Both the position numbers and the translations under genes were made by a program. From Candidatus Kaiserbacteria bacterium (GTDB lineage Bacteria; Patescibacteriota; Minisyncoccia; Phycocordibacterales; Phycocordibacteraceae), in NCBI GenBank assembly GCA_026396675.1, contig JAPLWI010000011.1, positions 1 to 59,472 on the forward strand: a stretch of DNA of 59,472 nt, in the 5' to 3' direction. Positions 1-7,390 of the stretch are shown here, piece after piece. Within the stretch, counting starts at the first letter, position 1; each line of letters begins with the position of its first letter. The notes under the pieces were generated by a model. The model saw only the letters and a list, made by a program, of their open reading frames with translations. It was not told the origin of the DNA and did no database searches.

Positions 1-426
1 GATGGCACGCTGGTCGTAAACTACTACGGTCTTATCGCCCCGATGATTCGTTCGATTCAAGAATTAGACGCCAACATGAAGCAATTGCAGGCCGCTGGGG
101 CGATTCTTAGCGTAGAAGCGGGTACCGATGCGCAATGTGTTGTGGGGGATACGAAATTGCGGAGAAGAAGGAAAGGAAAAGGAAACACACAAAGCGACGG
201 CAACGTCGGCATCGAATACGAAGAAATCGCGATTGCCGATGTTGCGGTTGGTGATGAAATTGCCTCGCTCGACGAGCGCACCGGTCGGGTCGTGTACTCG
301 CGCGTGAACGCGCTCTTGGACATGGGTGTGCAAGAAATATTTGAACTCAAAACCGCCTCCGGTCGCACTATCAGAACCACTGGAAATCATCCGTACCTTG
401 TTCGGGAAAGGGCGACATTGTCCTAA
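1..426 (+). CDS. 3' end of a large fibre/surface-like protein gene (5'-partial) terminating in an N-terminal split-intein (Hint) half
   Basis: Frame 1 is open from base 1 (DGTLVVNYYGLIAPMIRSIQELDANMKQLQAAG..., coiled-coil fibre/chaperone-like). From Cys codon 136-138 it carries intein block A (CVVGDTKL) and block B (TGNHPYLV). It stops 7 codons after block B, with no endonuclease domain and no C-terminal splicing blocks. Confidence 0.8.
   Translation, partial: DGTLVVNYYGLIAPMIRSIQELDANMKQLQAAGAILSVEAGTDAQCVVGDTKLRRRRKGKGNTQSDGNVGIEYEEIAIADVAVGDEIASLDERTGRVVYSRVNALLDMGVQEIFELKTASGRTIRTTGNHPYLVRERATLS
136..423 (+). other. Split-intein N fragment (IntN, about 96 aa)
   Basis: Cys1 followed by VVGDTKL (block A) and TGNHPYLV (block B, TxxH). 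The ORF ends where endonuclease domains are normally inserted. Confidence 0.75.
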
Positions 427-444
427 AACCTTATGCCGATTTTC

Positions 445-474
445 TTTACACTTGTCAAAAAAGATAGCATAAAA
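445..474 (+). promoter_or_regulatory. Candidate sigma70-type promoter for the intervening cassette
   Basis: TTTACA (445-450), 17-nt spacer, CATAAA, in the 150-nt gap before the NYN gene. Sequence match only. Confidence 0.3.
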
Positions 475-575
475 ATAGGTGATTTTATATCACAGATGCT
501 TATGGCAACTCCGAAAAACACCGAAACTCGTGAGATTTCCGGCACGGTTATTCGTGATATAGAAGCGAAAATTGT

Positions 576-1208
576 ATGAAAAAGCCCCGAGTCGGTGTAT
601 TTATTGATGCAGGGAATCTGTATCACACATCTGCTAGAATCGGATGGCGCATTGATTTCAGAAAATTGAGAAACTTGTTGTCTCATACTTGTGACCTATC
701 TTTCATTAACTACCATATTATTGTTCCGCGTGAGGATGATGTGAATTATGCAAAAACGCTCACACACATACAAAAGGCCTCCGCGGCATTTACGGTGTGT
801 CAAAAGCAGATGAAGTATATCTGGAGTGATGAAGAGAAAAGAGAGATAAAAAAAGGAGATATTGATGTTGATCTTGCGGTGGATGTCATAGAAAGGTTTG
901 AGAATGTGGACGCTATGATTGTCGTGAGCGGTGACAGTGATTATCTCGCGCTTGAAAAGTATGTAGCTGAGCGCGGGAAGCCCCTCATATTTATGGGTTA
1001 CAAAAAGAATATGGCGTGGGAACTCCGTCTTAAAAACCATATGTTTTTTGAATTGATTAGAGAGTGGGTAGAATACGGAATAACAACAAACCCCGACCTT
1101 TCGGCCGGGGCGACGTTAACAGGGTCAATTATAGCAAAGGCTATTTCTGAGTCAAGCATTTTGCCGGCGGGTGTGGATAACGATATCTCAGGCAGAAAAA
1201 GGATATGA
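576..1208 (+). CDS. NYN/LabA-like (PIN-fold) RNase-domain protein
   Basis: MKKPRVGVFIDAGNLY..., DIDVDLAVDVIE, MIVVSGDSDYLALEKYV: the acidic-residue pattern of NYN/LabA-like domains. Confidence 0.75.
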   Translation: MKKPRVGVFIDAGNLYHTSARIGWRIDFRKLRNLLSHTCDLSFINYHIIVPREDDVNYAKTLTHIQKASAAFTVCQKQMKYIWSDEEKREIKKGDIDVDLAVDVIERFENVDAMIVVSGDSDYLALEKYVAERGKPLIFMGYKKNMAWELRLKNHMFFELIREWVEYGITTNPDLSAGATLTGSIIAKAISESSILPAGVDNDISGRKRI

Positions 1209-1415
1209 AAAAATCTTCTGAACTTTCTGAACTGCAAACAAACAAATCCGACCTCGTTGCCGAGGCCGGATTGCTGGAAGCGCGCGTTCTTCCGAATAAA
1301 AATAAAAGTTGGCTCCAGCACGAAACTACATGGTTTCGCGCGATTGCGCGACGAAGCGGTTGTCAACCCGCGACGGCACTTGCTACAGAGTGCAAAGGAA
1401 TCATAGCATAATACT

Positions 1416-1862
1416 ATGGAAAAGAACTTTGACGGATGGAATGAGGTGAAAAAAATAACGCACACAGAGCATCCGCGCCTGTATACGGTTCGCGAGATAT
1501 GGTGGTGCAGACTTGGCGTGAATGTTGGTACAGAACAAGATGGGAAAGGAGAATGGTCTGTCCGGCCTTGTATTATTCTGCGAGGATTTGGTTCCGATGC
1601 TTGTTTGGTTGTGCCGCTCACGACATCAACTCGCGAACACCCGCTACGTGTCACTGTCGGTTTGGTTGAAGGACAAGAAGCGAGAGCCAACCTATCTCAA
1701 ATTCGTGTTGTAGATACTCGTCGTTTGGAGGAAAAGATCGGATTTCTTGAAACGAAAGCGTTTTCAAAATTACGAAAAGCCGCCAGAGATTTGTTCTCTG
1801 GCGGCTTTTCTGACTCTCTCCCCCTTGCGGGGGCAAGGCCGAAGCCAACTGTCCAAATATGA
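1416..1862 (+). CDS. PemK/MazF-family toxin-like endoribonuclease
   Basis: FDGWNEVKK...REIWWCRLGVNVGTEQDGKGEWSVRPCIILRGF...LVVPLTTS...ANLSQIRVVDTRRL matches the MazF/PemK SH3-like barrel signature. The 3' end of the ORF reads through a terminator-like hairpin (1779-1812). Confidence 0.75.
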   Translation: MEKNFDGWNEVKKITHTEHPRLYTVREIWWCRLGVNVGTEQDGKGEWSVRPCIILRGFGSDACLVVPLTTSTREHPLRVTVGLVEGQEARANLSQIRVVDTRRLEEKIGFLETKAFSKLRKAARDLFSGGFSDSLPLAGARPKPTVQI

Positions 1863-1865
1863 TAT

Positions 1866-3164
1866 ATGACCACAACTGAAAAGTCAATGAAGAAAAAGGG
1901 AGTTGTTGATAACTTATTGAAGAGGTTTTTCGGCGCCCCCGTGCCTGATGTTGTCTTTGCGCCTGCGGCAATTCCTGCGACTAAAGCGACGATGACGACA
2001 AAAACCGTATGTCCGTACTGCAATTCGAGTAATTTTGTCAGGCGCGGCATTCGACAGAAGAAGCACGAAGTCGTGCAACTTTATTTGTGCCGGAATTCGG
2101 AATGCGGTCGAACTTTCACAGCCGAAAGAGTGAAAGGAAAAAGATTCCCTCTACAAGTCATTCTGGAAGGCATCAGTTATTACAACTTGGGATTAACGCT
2201 GGAACAAACTTGTCATATCTTAAAAGAAAAATTCTCAAAAGATGAAAATATTTTAGCACCGACGCCAGCTACGCTGGCGTCGTGGGTGGAAGAATATAAG
2301 CCGATTTGCAGGTTTGAACGAATGCGCCCGTACGCCGTCAAATTATTTCCGCCGCAGAAGATGATCGAAGTGGTTACGATGGCGCACCGCCAACTTTATC
2401 GATTCCGATACCATCGTGCAAAAACGCTGTTGTCAATGGAAGAATTTAAAAATCGTCGTTTCGGTCGTCTGAAAGAATATTTGGATAATGTTTCTGCGGA
2501 GACACCGCATCAATATTTTCAAGACGGAGAGCGGATGAGCGAGATCAGGAGCAAATTCGACAAAACCGATATGATTATCAAAAGTAAATCAAATTTCGCC
2601 AACAAAACCGCCGAGTTCGTCTTGCGGAGCGTGCCGGATAATAACGCGCGGCATGAGGCGTTGCAACGCTTCATGATTGCAAACGACTCGGTGACGATAG
2701 CGACCGAGGTGCCGGTGTATATTCGGAAAGAAGATGTGGAGCATATGGAGAATGTGCTGAAGTTCAAAATCTTAGGTGAAGAGGGGCTACTGATTAAGGG
2801 ACATGCAGACAAAGCTAAGTCAAAATCGGCAGCGGGAAGCAAATCGTTTCCAAAACTCTTAACCGGTCACATTGACATTCTGCAAATCCGCAACGGTATG
2901 GTGCACATTCTTGACTACAAACCGAACGCGAGCAAGGAGAAGCCGATTGAACAGCTTACATGGTACGCGCTTGCGCTTTCGCGCCTGACCGGTCTGCGTT
3001 TGTTCGAATTCAAATGCGCGTGGTTTGACGACAAGGATTTCTACGAGTTCTATCCGCTGCATGTCGTTAAAAAATTGCAGATAAAAAAACGCGCGCGGAA
3101 AGTGCATTACAGAGACGGCAGTGTAGCGGAAATTCCGCGCCAGGACGTGTTTAAAGTCGCATAA
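1866..3164 (+). CDS. Zn-ribbon + HTH + RecB/Cas4-type PD-(D/E)XK nuclease (candidate free-standing homing endonuclease)
   Basis: The N-terminus has CPYCNSSNF...CRNSECGRTF (a four-Cys ribbon, IS1 InsA-like), followed by a putative HTH (ISYYNLGLTLEQTCHILKEKF). The C-terminus has GHIDIL ... ILDYKPN ... EQLTWYALAL, i.e. the D, D-x-K and QxxxY nuclease motifs. Confidence 0.65.
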   Translation: MTTTEKSMKKKGVVDNLLKRFFGAPVPDVVFAPAAIPATKATMTTKTVCPYCNSSNFVRRGIRQKKHEVVQLYLCRNSECGRTFTAERVKGKRFPLQVILEGISYYNLGLTLEQTCHILKEKFSKDENILAPTPATLASWVEEYKPICRFERMRPYAVKLFPPQKMIEVVTMAHRQLYRFRYHRAKTLLSMEEFKNRRFGRLKEYLDNVSAETPHQYFQDGERMSEIRSKFDKTDMIIKSKSNFANKTAEFVLRSVPDNNARHEALQRFMIANDSVTIATEVPVYIRKEDVEHMENVLKFKILGEEGLLIKGHADKAKSKSAAGSKSFPKLLTGHIDILQIRNGMVHILDYKPNASKEKPIEQLTWYALALSRLTGLRLFEFKCAWFDDKDFYEFYPLHVVKKLQIKKRARKVHYRDGSVAEIPRQDVFKVA

Positions 3165-3171
3165 ATAAAAT

Positions 3172-3651
3172 ATGCAAAACTACGCGCAATCAAAATATAA
3201 ATATCAGACCAACAAGGCGTTTACGCCGAGGAAGCCGGTCAAGACCTTCCGCGACCTGGACATTTATCAGCAGGCGATGAACTGTGCAGTCATTGTCGTG
3301 AAGAATATCCGGCCGAAATTGGTAACGCTCAAATACCCGTTTTTGGAAGGGCTAATGGACTGCACGATGACGGTGCCGCTTTCTATCGGCGAAGCACACT
3401 CTATCCGTTTCGGCGATTTCGCGAAGGGACTCGGTTTGATGGAAAAAGCAATGTCGGGGTGCAACAAGATGATTATCTATCTGGAACATATTAAAGGTAT
3501 GTACGGAGCAAAGGTTGATGCCGGTGTAATTGATGAGATTATCGCACGTTATGCCGAGACGCGGACCAAGGCATTTCATTTGGAATGTTCGTGGAAGAAA
3601 TGGGGGACCGCGCCGCGTGAGCGCGGCGCGTTGGGCGCAGTCAAGCTATAA
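3172..3651 (+). CDS. Four-helix-bundle protein (23S rRNA intervening-sequence protein family type)
   Basis: FRDLDIYQQAMNCAVIVVKNIRPK...FLEGLMDC...SIGEA resembles the characteristic F.DL.vyq.A opening and helical pattern of this family. Confidence 0.6.
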   Translation: MQNYAQSKYKYQTNKAFTPRKPVKTFRDLDIYQQAMNCAVIVVKNIRPKLVTLKYPFLEGLMDCTMTVPLSIGEAHSIRFGDFAKGLGLMEKAMSGCNKMIIYLEHIKGMYGAKVDAGVIDEIIARYAETRTKAFHLECSWKKWGTAPRERGALGAVKL

Positions 3652-3665
3652 TCATATATAAATGT

Positions 3666-3881
3666 ATGTTTCCATTTTTTAACAAAACAAAAGACGTTAA
3701 GGGGAAGTGGCGCAAAATTTCCGATTTGACACCTGGACTTGAAATCGCTGTTCCTTCCGAGAACGGAAATGTTGCTTGGGATGAAATAACTTCCATAAAA
3801 CCAGTTGGCCGCGAGCAGGTTTACGATATTGAGGTAGAGGGAACACACAACTTCGTCGGCGACGATATTTTTGCGCATAAC
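3666..3881 (+). other. Split-intein C fragment (IntC, about 72 aa; +1 Thr codon 3882-3884)
   Basis: Block F is VYDIEVEGTHNFV. Block G is IFAHN followed by Thr. Confidence 0.75.
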
Positions 3882-4973
3882 ACCTATGTCTTGAAGTCGG
3901 GCAATCTGTCGGCTAATGCTCCTTCCGATGTTTTGAATGCCGATGACAAGAGTGTTGATATTTATAAACTTGCAACTTACGCGCTGTCAGAAGAACAATC
4001 GCTTGCGGCTAAAGTGGATGCGGAGCAGACGGAAATGGTCTCGCTCGAAGCGCGCGTGGAAGCGCTGGAAACAGGATCCGTGTCATCCGGTGGCAACTTC
4101 GGCACGGGGACGCTCGGCACGGGGTTGGCGAACGCCTTGAACGGCTTCGGCGTATTAATACAAAAGGGCATCGCGCAATTTAATACGCTCGTATTCCAAC
4201 GGCTCGTCGCGGCGACTGATTCCACAGGTGCTTCCTCAGCTGGTTCTGTCAGCATCTTGACGGGAAATGTGGTTGCGCAGGTCACCAATTCATTGGTAAT
4301 GCCGTCCACGAAGGTCTTCATCACATTCAATTCGCAAATTACCGGAAGCTGGTGGGTGAGCGACAAAGCTACTGGCTCGTTCCGCGTTGTCCTCTCGACA
4401 CCGCAGGCCAGCGATGTCTCATTTGATTACTTTTTGGTTCAAACGGAAGGTCAAATTTCAACGAGTACGGCGGCTGTCAGCGATCAACAAACAAACAATA
4501 ATTCTTCCGTTACAACGGCACCGATTATTGTAGAAAACTCGAGTGCCGAAACATCCGATACAACGGCAACAACTACTGCGACTTCAACGCCGGAATCTTC
4601 AGACACCACTCCGCCGGTCGTGACACTCATTGGCGAGGCGGCGATACAGATAAATGTTGGTGGCACATTCACTGACCCCGGCGCAACTGCGACTGACCCA
4701 GTCGACGGTGATGTGACCTCGAAGATTGTGGTGACCGGTTCGGTCAATACGGCAACGCCCGGACTTTACACACTCACCTATTCAGCTTCGAATGCGGCAG
4801 GGAATACAGGCACCGTGTCGCGCGTTGTCACAGTCCTCGCACCTGCTGAAACTCCAGCCCCAGCCGATGGTTCGACAAACTCACCACCTGACGATACAAC
4901 CGCGCCGACTGAACCAGCAGCACCTGCTCCTGAAACACCCACCACTCCCGCTGTAGAAACACCAGTGGGTTGA
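3666..4973 (+). CDS. Split-intein C half fused to the C-extein of the fibre/surface protein (coiled coil, Thr/Ser-rich linker, Ig-like DUF5011-type module, Pro/Thr tail)
   Basis: It starts with ...GREQVYDIEVEGTHNFVGDDIFAHN|T (intein blocks F and G, with +1 Thr). The extein follows with LEARVEALETGS coiled coil and TPPVVTLIGEAAIQINVGGTFTDPGATATDPVDGDVT...YTLTYSASNAAGN (Ig-like). Confidence 0.8.
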   Translation: MFPFFNKTKDVKGKWRKISDLTPGLEIAVPSENGNVAWDEITSIKPVGREQVYDIEVEGTHNFVGDDIFAHNTYVLKSGNLSANAPSDVLNADDKSVDIYKLATYALSEEQSLAAKVDAEQTEMVSLEARVEALETGSVSSGGNFGTGTLGTGLANALNGFGVLIQKGIAQFNTLVFQRLVAATDSTGASSAGSVSILTGNVVAQVTNSLVMPSTKVFITFNSQITGSWWVSDKATGSFRVVLSTPQASDVSFDYFLVQTEGQISTSTAAVSDQQTNNNSSVTTAPIIVENSSAETSDTTATTTATSTPESSDTTPPVVTLIGEAAIQINVGGTFTDPGATATDPVDGDVTSKIVVTGSVNTATPGLYTLTYSASNAAGNTGTVSRVVTVLAPAETPAPADGSTNSPPDDTTAPTEPAAPAPETPTTPAVETPVG

Positions 4974-4976
4974 ATC

Positions 4977-5063
4977 GTGTCCAACATGTCCAACACCGAG
5001 TGTCCGACAATGCCCGACACATTGTAAACAACATGTCCAACACTCGGTGTTGGACATGTTTGG
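4977..5063. repeat. REP doublet downstream of the RAYT gene
   Basis: A perfect hairpin ACATGTCCAACAC-TCG-GTGTTGGACATGT lies at 5031-5059. A degenerate inverted unit GTCCAACACCGAGTGTCCGAC lies at 4988-5008. Confidence 0.85.
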
Positions 5064-5071
5064 GCGGCAAC

Positions 5072-5731
5072 TTAAAGTTCTAAAACCTCACCGAGTGTTT
5101 TGGCAATACTCGTTCGCACAAACATTTCATATTCGCTTGCCGTTTTGAATTGCCCCAAGACCACTTCCGTGGAAAGTAACTTATCCCAACGACTTTTATC
5201 GATGTAGTCCTGGTAACTAGACCACTCGTATTTTTGTTCATTACTTTTCCATTGTTGCAAACCTCTTACATTGCGATGAATGTAAGTCGAGAGGTAAAGC
5301 AATTGATCGTCGTCTTCTATATGAATAGCTCTATATGGTCCTTGAAATAAGTGTCCGGACACTCTGTATCTCGTGTTGTAATACTTTGTATAACCATTTA
5401 AAACGCGTTGCATATATCGTGCGATGCCATTTTCTTGAGTTTCTTTAAGAATAAGATGAAAATGATTCGGCATGAGACAGAACGCGGTAAGTTCCACATA
5501 CCGATTCTTAATGATTTTCGTAACATCCTCCGCACCAATGTCGAACACTCGGTGTTGGACAAAACGACGCACACGGCGGGAAATTTGATCAAAAACAATA
5601 TCGGATTGGAAAAATAAAATTAAAAAGAGGAATCGAGAATAATCCGAGGTATCATGAAAAATAATTTTCTTCTGTGTACCGCGATTGTACACGTGATAAT
5701 ACTCACCAATGCTTATTTGAACATTTCGCAT
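5072..5731 (-). CDS. REP-associated tyrosine transposase (RAYT; IS200/IS605-type Y1 HUH transposase)
   Basis: YHVYNRGTQKKIIF N-terminus, HUH motif PNHFHLIL and catalytic Tyr motif STYIHRN. The gene is flanked on both sides by REP hairpins. Confidence 0.85.
   Translation of the reverse strand: MRNVQISIGEYYHVYNRGTQKKIIFHDTSDYSRFLFLILFFQSDIVFDQISRRVRRFVQHRVFDIGAEDVTKIIKNRYVELTAFCLMPNHFHLILKETQENGIARYMQRVLNGYTKYYNTRYRVSGHLFQGPYRAIHIEDDDQLLYLSTYIHRNVRGLQQWKSNEQKYEWSSYQDYIDKSRWDKLLSTEVVLGQFKTASEYEMFVRTSIAKTLGEVLEL
5538..5563. repeat. REP unit inside the RAYT coding sequence
   Basis: ATGTCGAACACTCGGTGTTGGACAA, translated on the minus strand as ...FVQHRVFDIG... Confidence 0.8.
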
Positions 5732-5763
5732 ACAGTTTCATTGTCGCAGAAATACGGGCATTT

Positions 5764-5790
5764 TGTCCAACACTCGGTGTTGGACATGTT
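5764..5790. repeat. REP unit between the RAYT start and gap
   Basis: TGTCCAACACTCGGTGTTGGACATGTT, with 9-bp arms and a TCG loop. Confidence 0.85.
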
Positions 5791-5831
5791 TTGGAAGTTG
5801 CAGATATTGCATGTGTGCTACACTTTTATTT

Positions 5832-6896
5832 ATGAAAAACATTCGCATTGCCATTAATGGTTTCGGGAGGATAGGTAGAGCATTTGCGCGCCGCGCGCAA
5901 AATCGTGGTGTTGAAATTGTCGCAATAAACGATCTCGGCTCGCTGGAAAATCTCGCGTATCTGCTTAAGTACGATACTGTGTATGGGCGGTTCCCCTCAG
6001 AAGTTTCAACGAAGGAGGGCGCGTTTCTTATAGATAACAAAGAGGTGAAATTCTTTTCGGAAAAAGATCCAGCGAAATTACCGTGGAAGGACTTAGACAT
6101 TGATGTCGTCGTAGAATCAACTGGACTTTTTACCGATTATGAAAAGGCGAGCGTGCACATTACTGCTGGCGCAAAACGTGTCGTAATTACCGCACCGGTC
6201 AAGGTTCCGCCAGTCGACGGAGGTGGTGCGACAGTGCTAATGGGTTTGAATGAGGAGAAGCTCGCGTCGTGTCAGATTTCGTCAAACGCTTCCTGCACTA
6301 CCAACGCCGCAGGTCCAATTATCGCGATCTTGGATGAGGTGATTGGTATAGAAAAAGCAATACTTTCCACAACGCATGCGTACACAGCAAGTCAGTCAAT
6401 TGTAGATGGGCCATCAAAAAAAGATATGAAAGAGGGAAGATCCGCGGCGCAAAATATTGTGCCGACTTCAACTGGTGCGGCAACGGCAGTCACGGCAGCA
6501 TACGAATCGCTCGCCGGAAAATTTGATGGCATCTCGCTTCGCGTTCCGGTAGTTGTTGGGTCAATCGCGGACATTACTTTCATCGCGAAGCGACCAACAA
6601 CTGTTGAGGAAGTAAATGGGGCGTTACGCGGCGCCGCAGTGGCGCCGCGCTGGACAGGCATTTTCAAAACGACTGACGAAGAACTCGTATCAAGCGACGT
6701 CATCGGTGAACCATACGCTTCAATTGCCGATCTCGGAATGACTCGCGTTGTTGATGGGAATCTCGTGAAAGTACTTGCTTGGTATGATAACGAGATGGGG
6801 TATGCGGAGTCGCTAGTTCGGCATGTGATTGCCGCGTCCGCGGCAATCATGCCGAATCCGTCAGCGGATTTGGCGCAAGCCGCCGCGAAAGCATGA
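5832..6896 (+). CDS. gap: Glyceraldehyde-3-phosphate dehydrogenase, type I
   Basis: MKNIRIAINGFGRIGR..., SNASCTTN active site and WYDNEMGY. The start is set at ATG 5832, because the ORF-track start at 5763 runs through the REP. Confidence 0.95.
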   Translation: MKNIRIAINGFGRIGRAFARRAQNRGVEIVAINDLGSLENLAYLLKYDTVYGRFPSEVSTKEGAFLIDNKEVKFFSEKDPAKLPWKDLDIDVVVESTGLFTDYEKASVHITAGAKRVVITAPVKVPPVDGGGATVLMGLNEEKLASCQISSNASCTTNAAGPIIAILDEVIGIEKAILSTTHAYTASQSIVDGPSKKDMKEGRSAAQNIVPTSTGAATAVTAAYESLAGKFDGISLRVPVVVGSIADITFIAKRPTTVEEVNGALRGAAVAPRWTGIFKTTDEELVSSDVIGEPYASIADLGMTRVVDGNLVKVLAWYDNEMGYAESLVRHVIAASAAIMPNPSADLAQAAAKA

Positions 6897-7375
6897 AAGT
6901 ATATTTTGCTTCTGACCACGCCGGATTCGCGCTCAAGAACGCACTCGTTGAACACATTCGCACACTCGGATATGAGGTGGAGGATATGGGATCATTCTCA
7001 CATGATACAGGTGATGATTATCCGGACTTCGTGACGCCGCTTGCGGAGTGCGTTGCGGCTGAGCCGGACGCACGCGGCATCATCATCGGCGGAAGCGGTC
7101 AGGGCGAAGTGATGTGCGCGAATCGCGTGAAGGGGATTCGCGCCGCCGTGTTTTATGGTCCTCGACGAGTAACAGAGGCACTCGATATTGAAGGAGGCCG
7201 TTCCGAAGACGGATACGATGCGGTGCGACTTCCCCGCCGGCACAATGATGCGAATGTACTCTCAATCGGCGCGCGCTTTGTCTCTGGAGACGAAGCCGAT
7301 GAGGCAGCTCGCATATTTCTCGAAACGCCTTTTTCCGATTCATCGCGTCATTCGCGCCGTCTTGCAAAGTTTTAG
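6893..7375 (+). CDS. rpiB: Ribose-5-phosphate isomerase B
   Basis: MKVYFASDHAGFALKNALVEHI..., GIIIGGSGQGEVMCANRVKGIRAA. ATGA overlap with the gap stop codon. Confidence 0.9.
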   Translation: MKVYFASDHAGFALKNALVEHIRTLGYEVEDMGSFSHDTGDDYPDFVTPLAECVAAEPDARGIIIGGSGQGEVMCANRVKGIRAAVFYGPRRVTEALDIEGGRSEDGYDAVRLPRRHNDANVLSIGARFVSGDEADEAARIFLETPFSDSSRHSRRLAKF

Positions 7376-7390
7376 TAGTATACTTACCAA

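Noticed and set aside
998-1690. 230-codon minus-strand ORF spanning the NYN 3' end, the 1205-1411 region and the 5' half of the MazF-like gene
   Set aside because: It is antisense to two ORFs with clear family signatures. Its product is Ser/Arg/Pro/Cys-rich with no recognisable motif. It is a typical shadow ORF.
1-4973. Tail-fibre-like features (fibre/chaperone-like coiled coil, Ig-like module) considered as evidence for a prophage
   Set aside because: No capsid, terminase, portal, integrase or lysis genes occur in the window. Similar fibre-like secreted proteins (14145-14729, 15641-16864) are scattered among housekeeping genes, so this looks like a cellular surface-protein family.
5763-5831. 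ORF-track start of gap at 5763 (MSNTRCWTCFGSCRYC...)
   Set aside because: These codons are simply the REP hairpin read in frame. The Rossmann N-terminus MKNIRIAINGFGRIGR begins at 5832.
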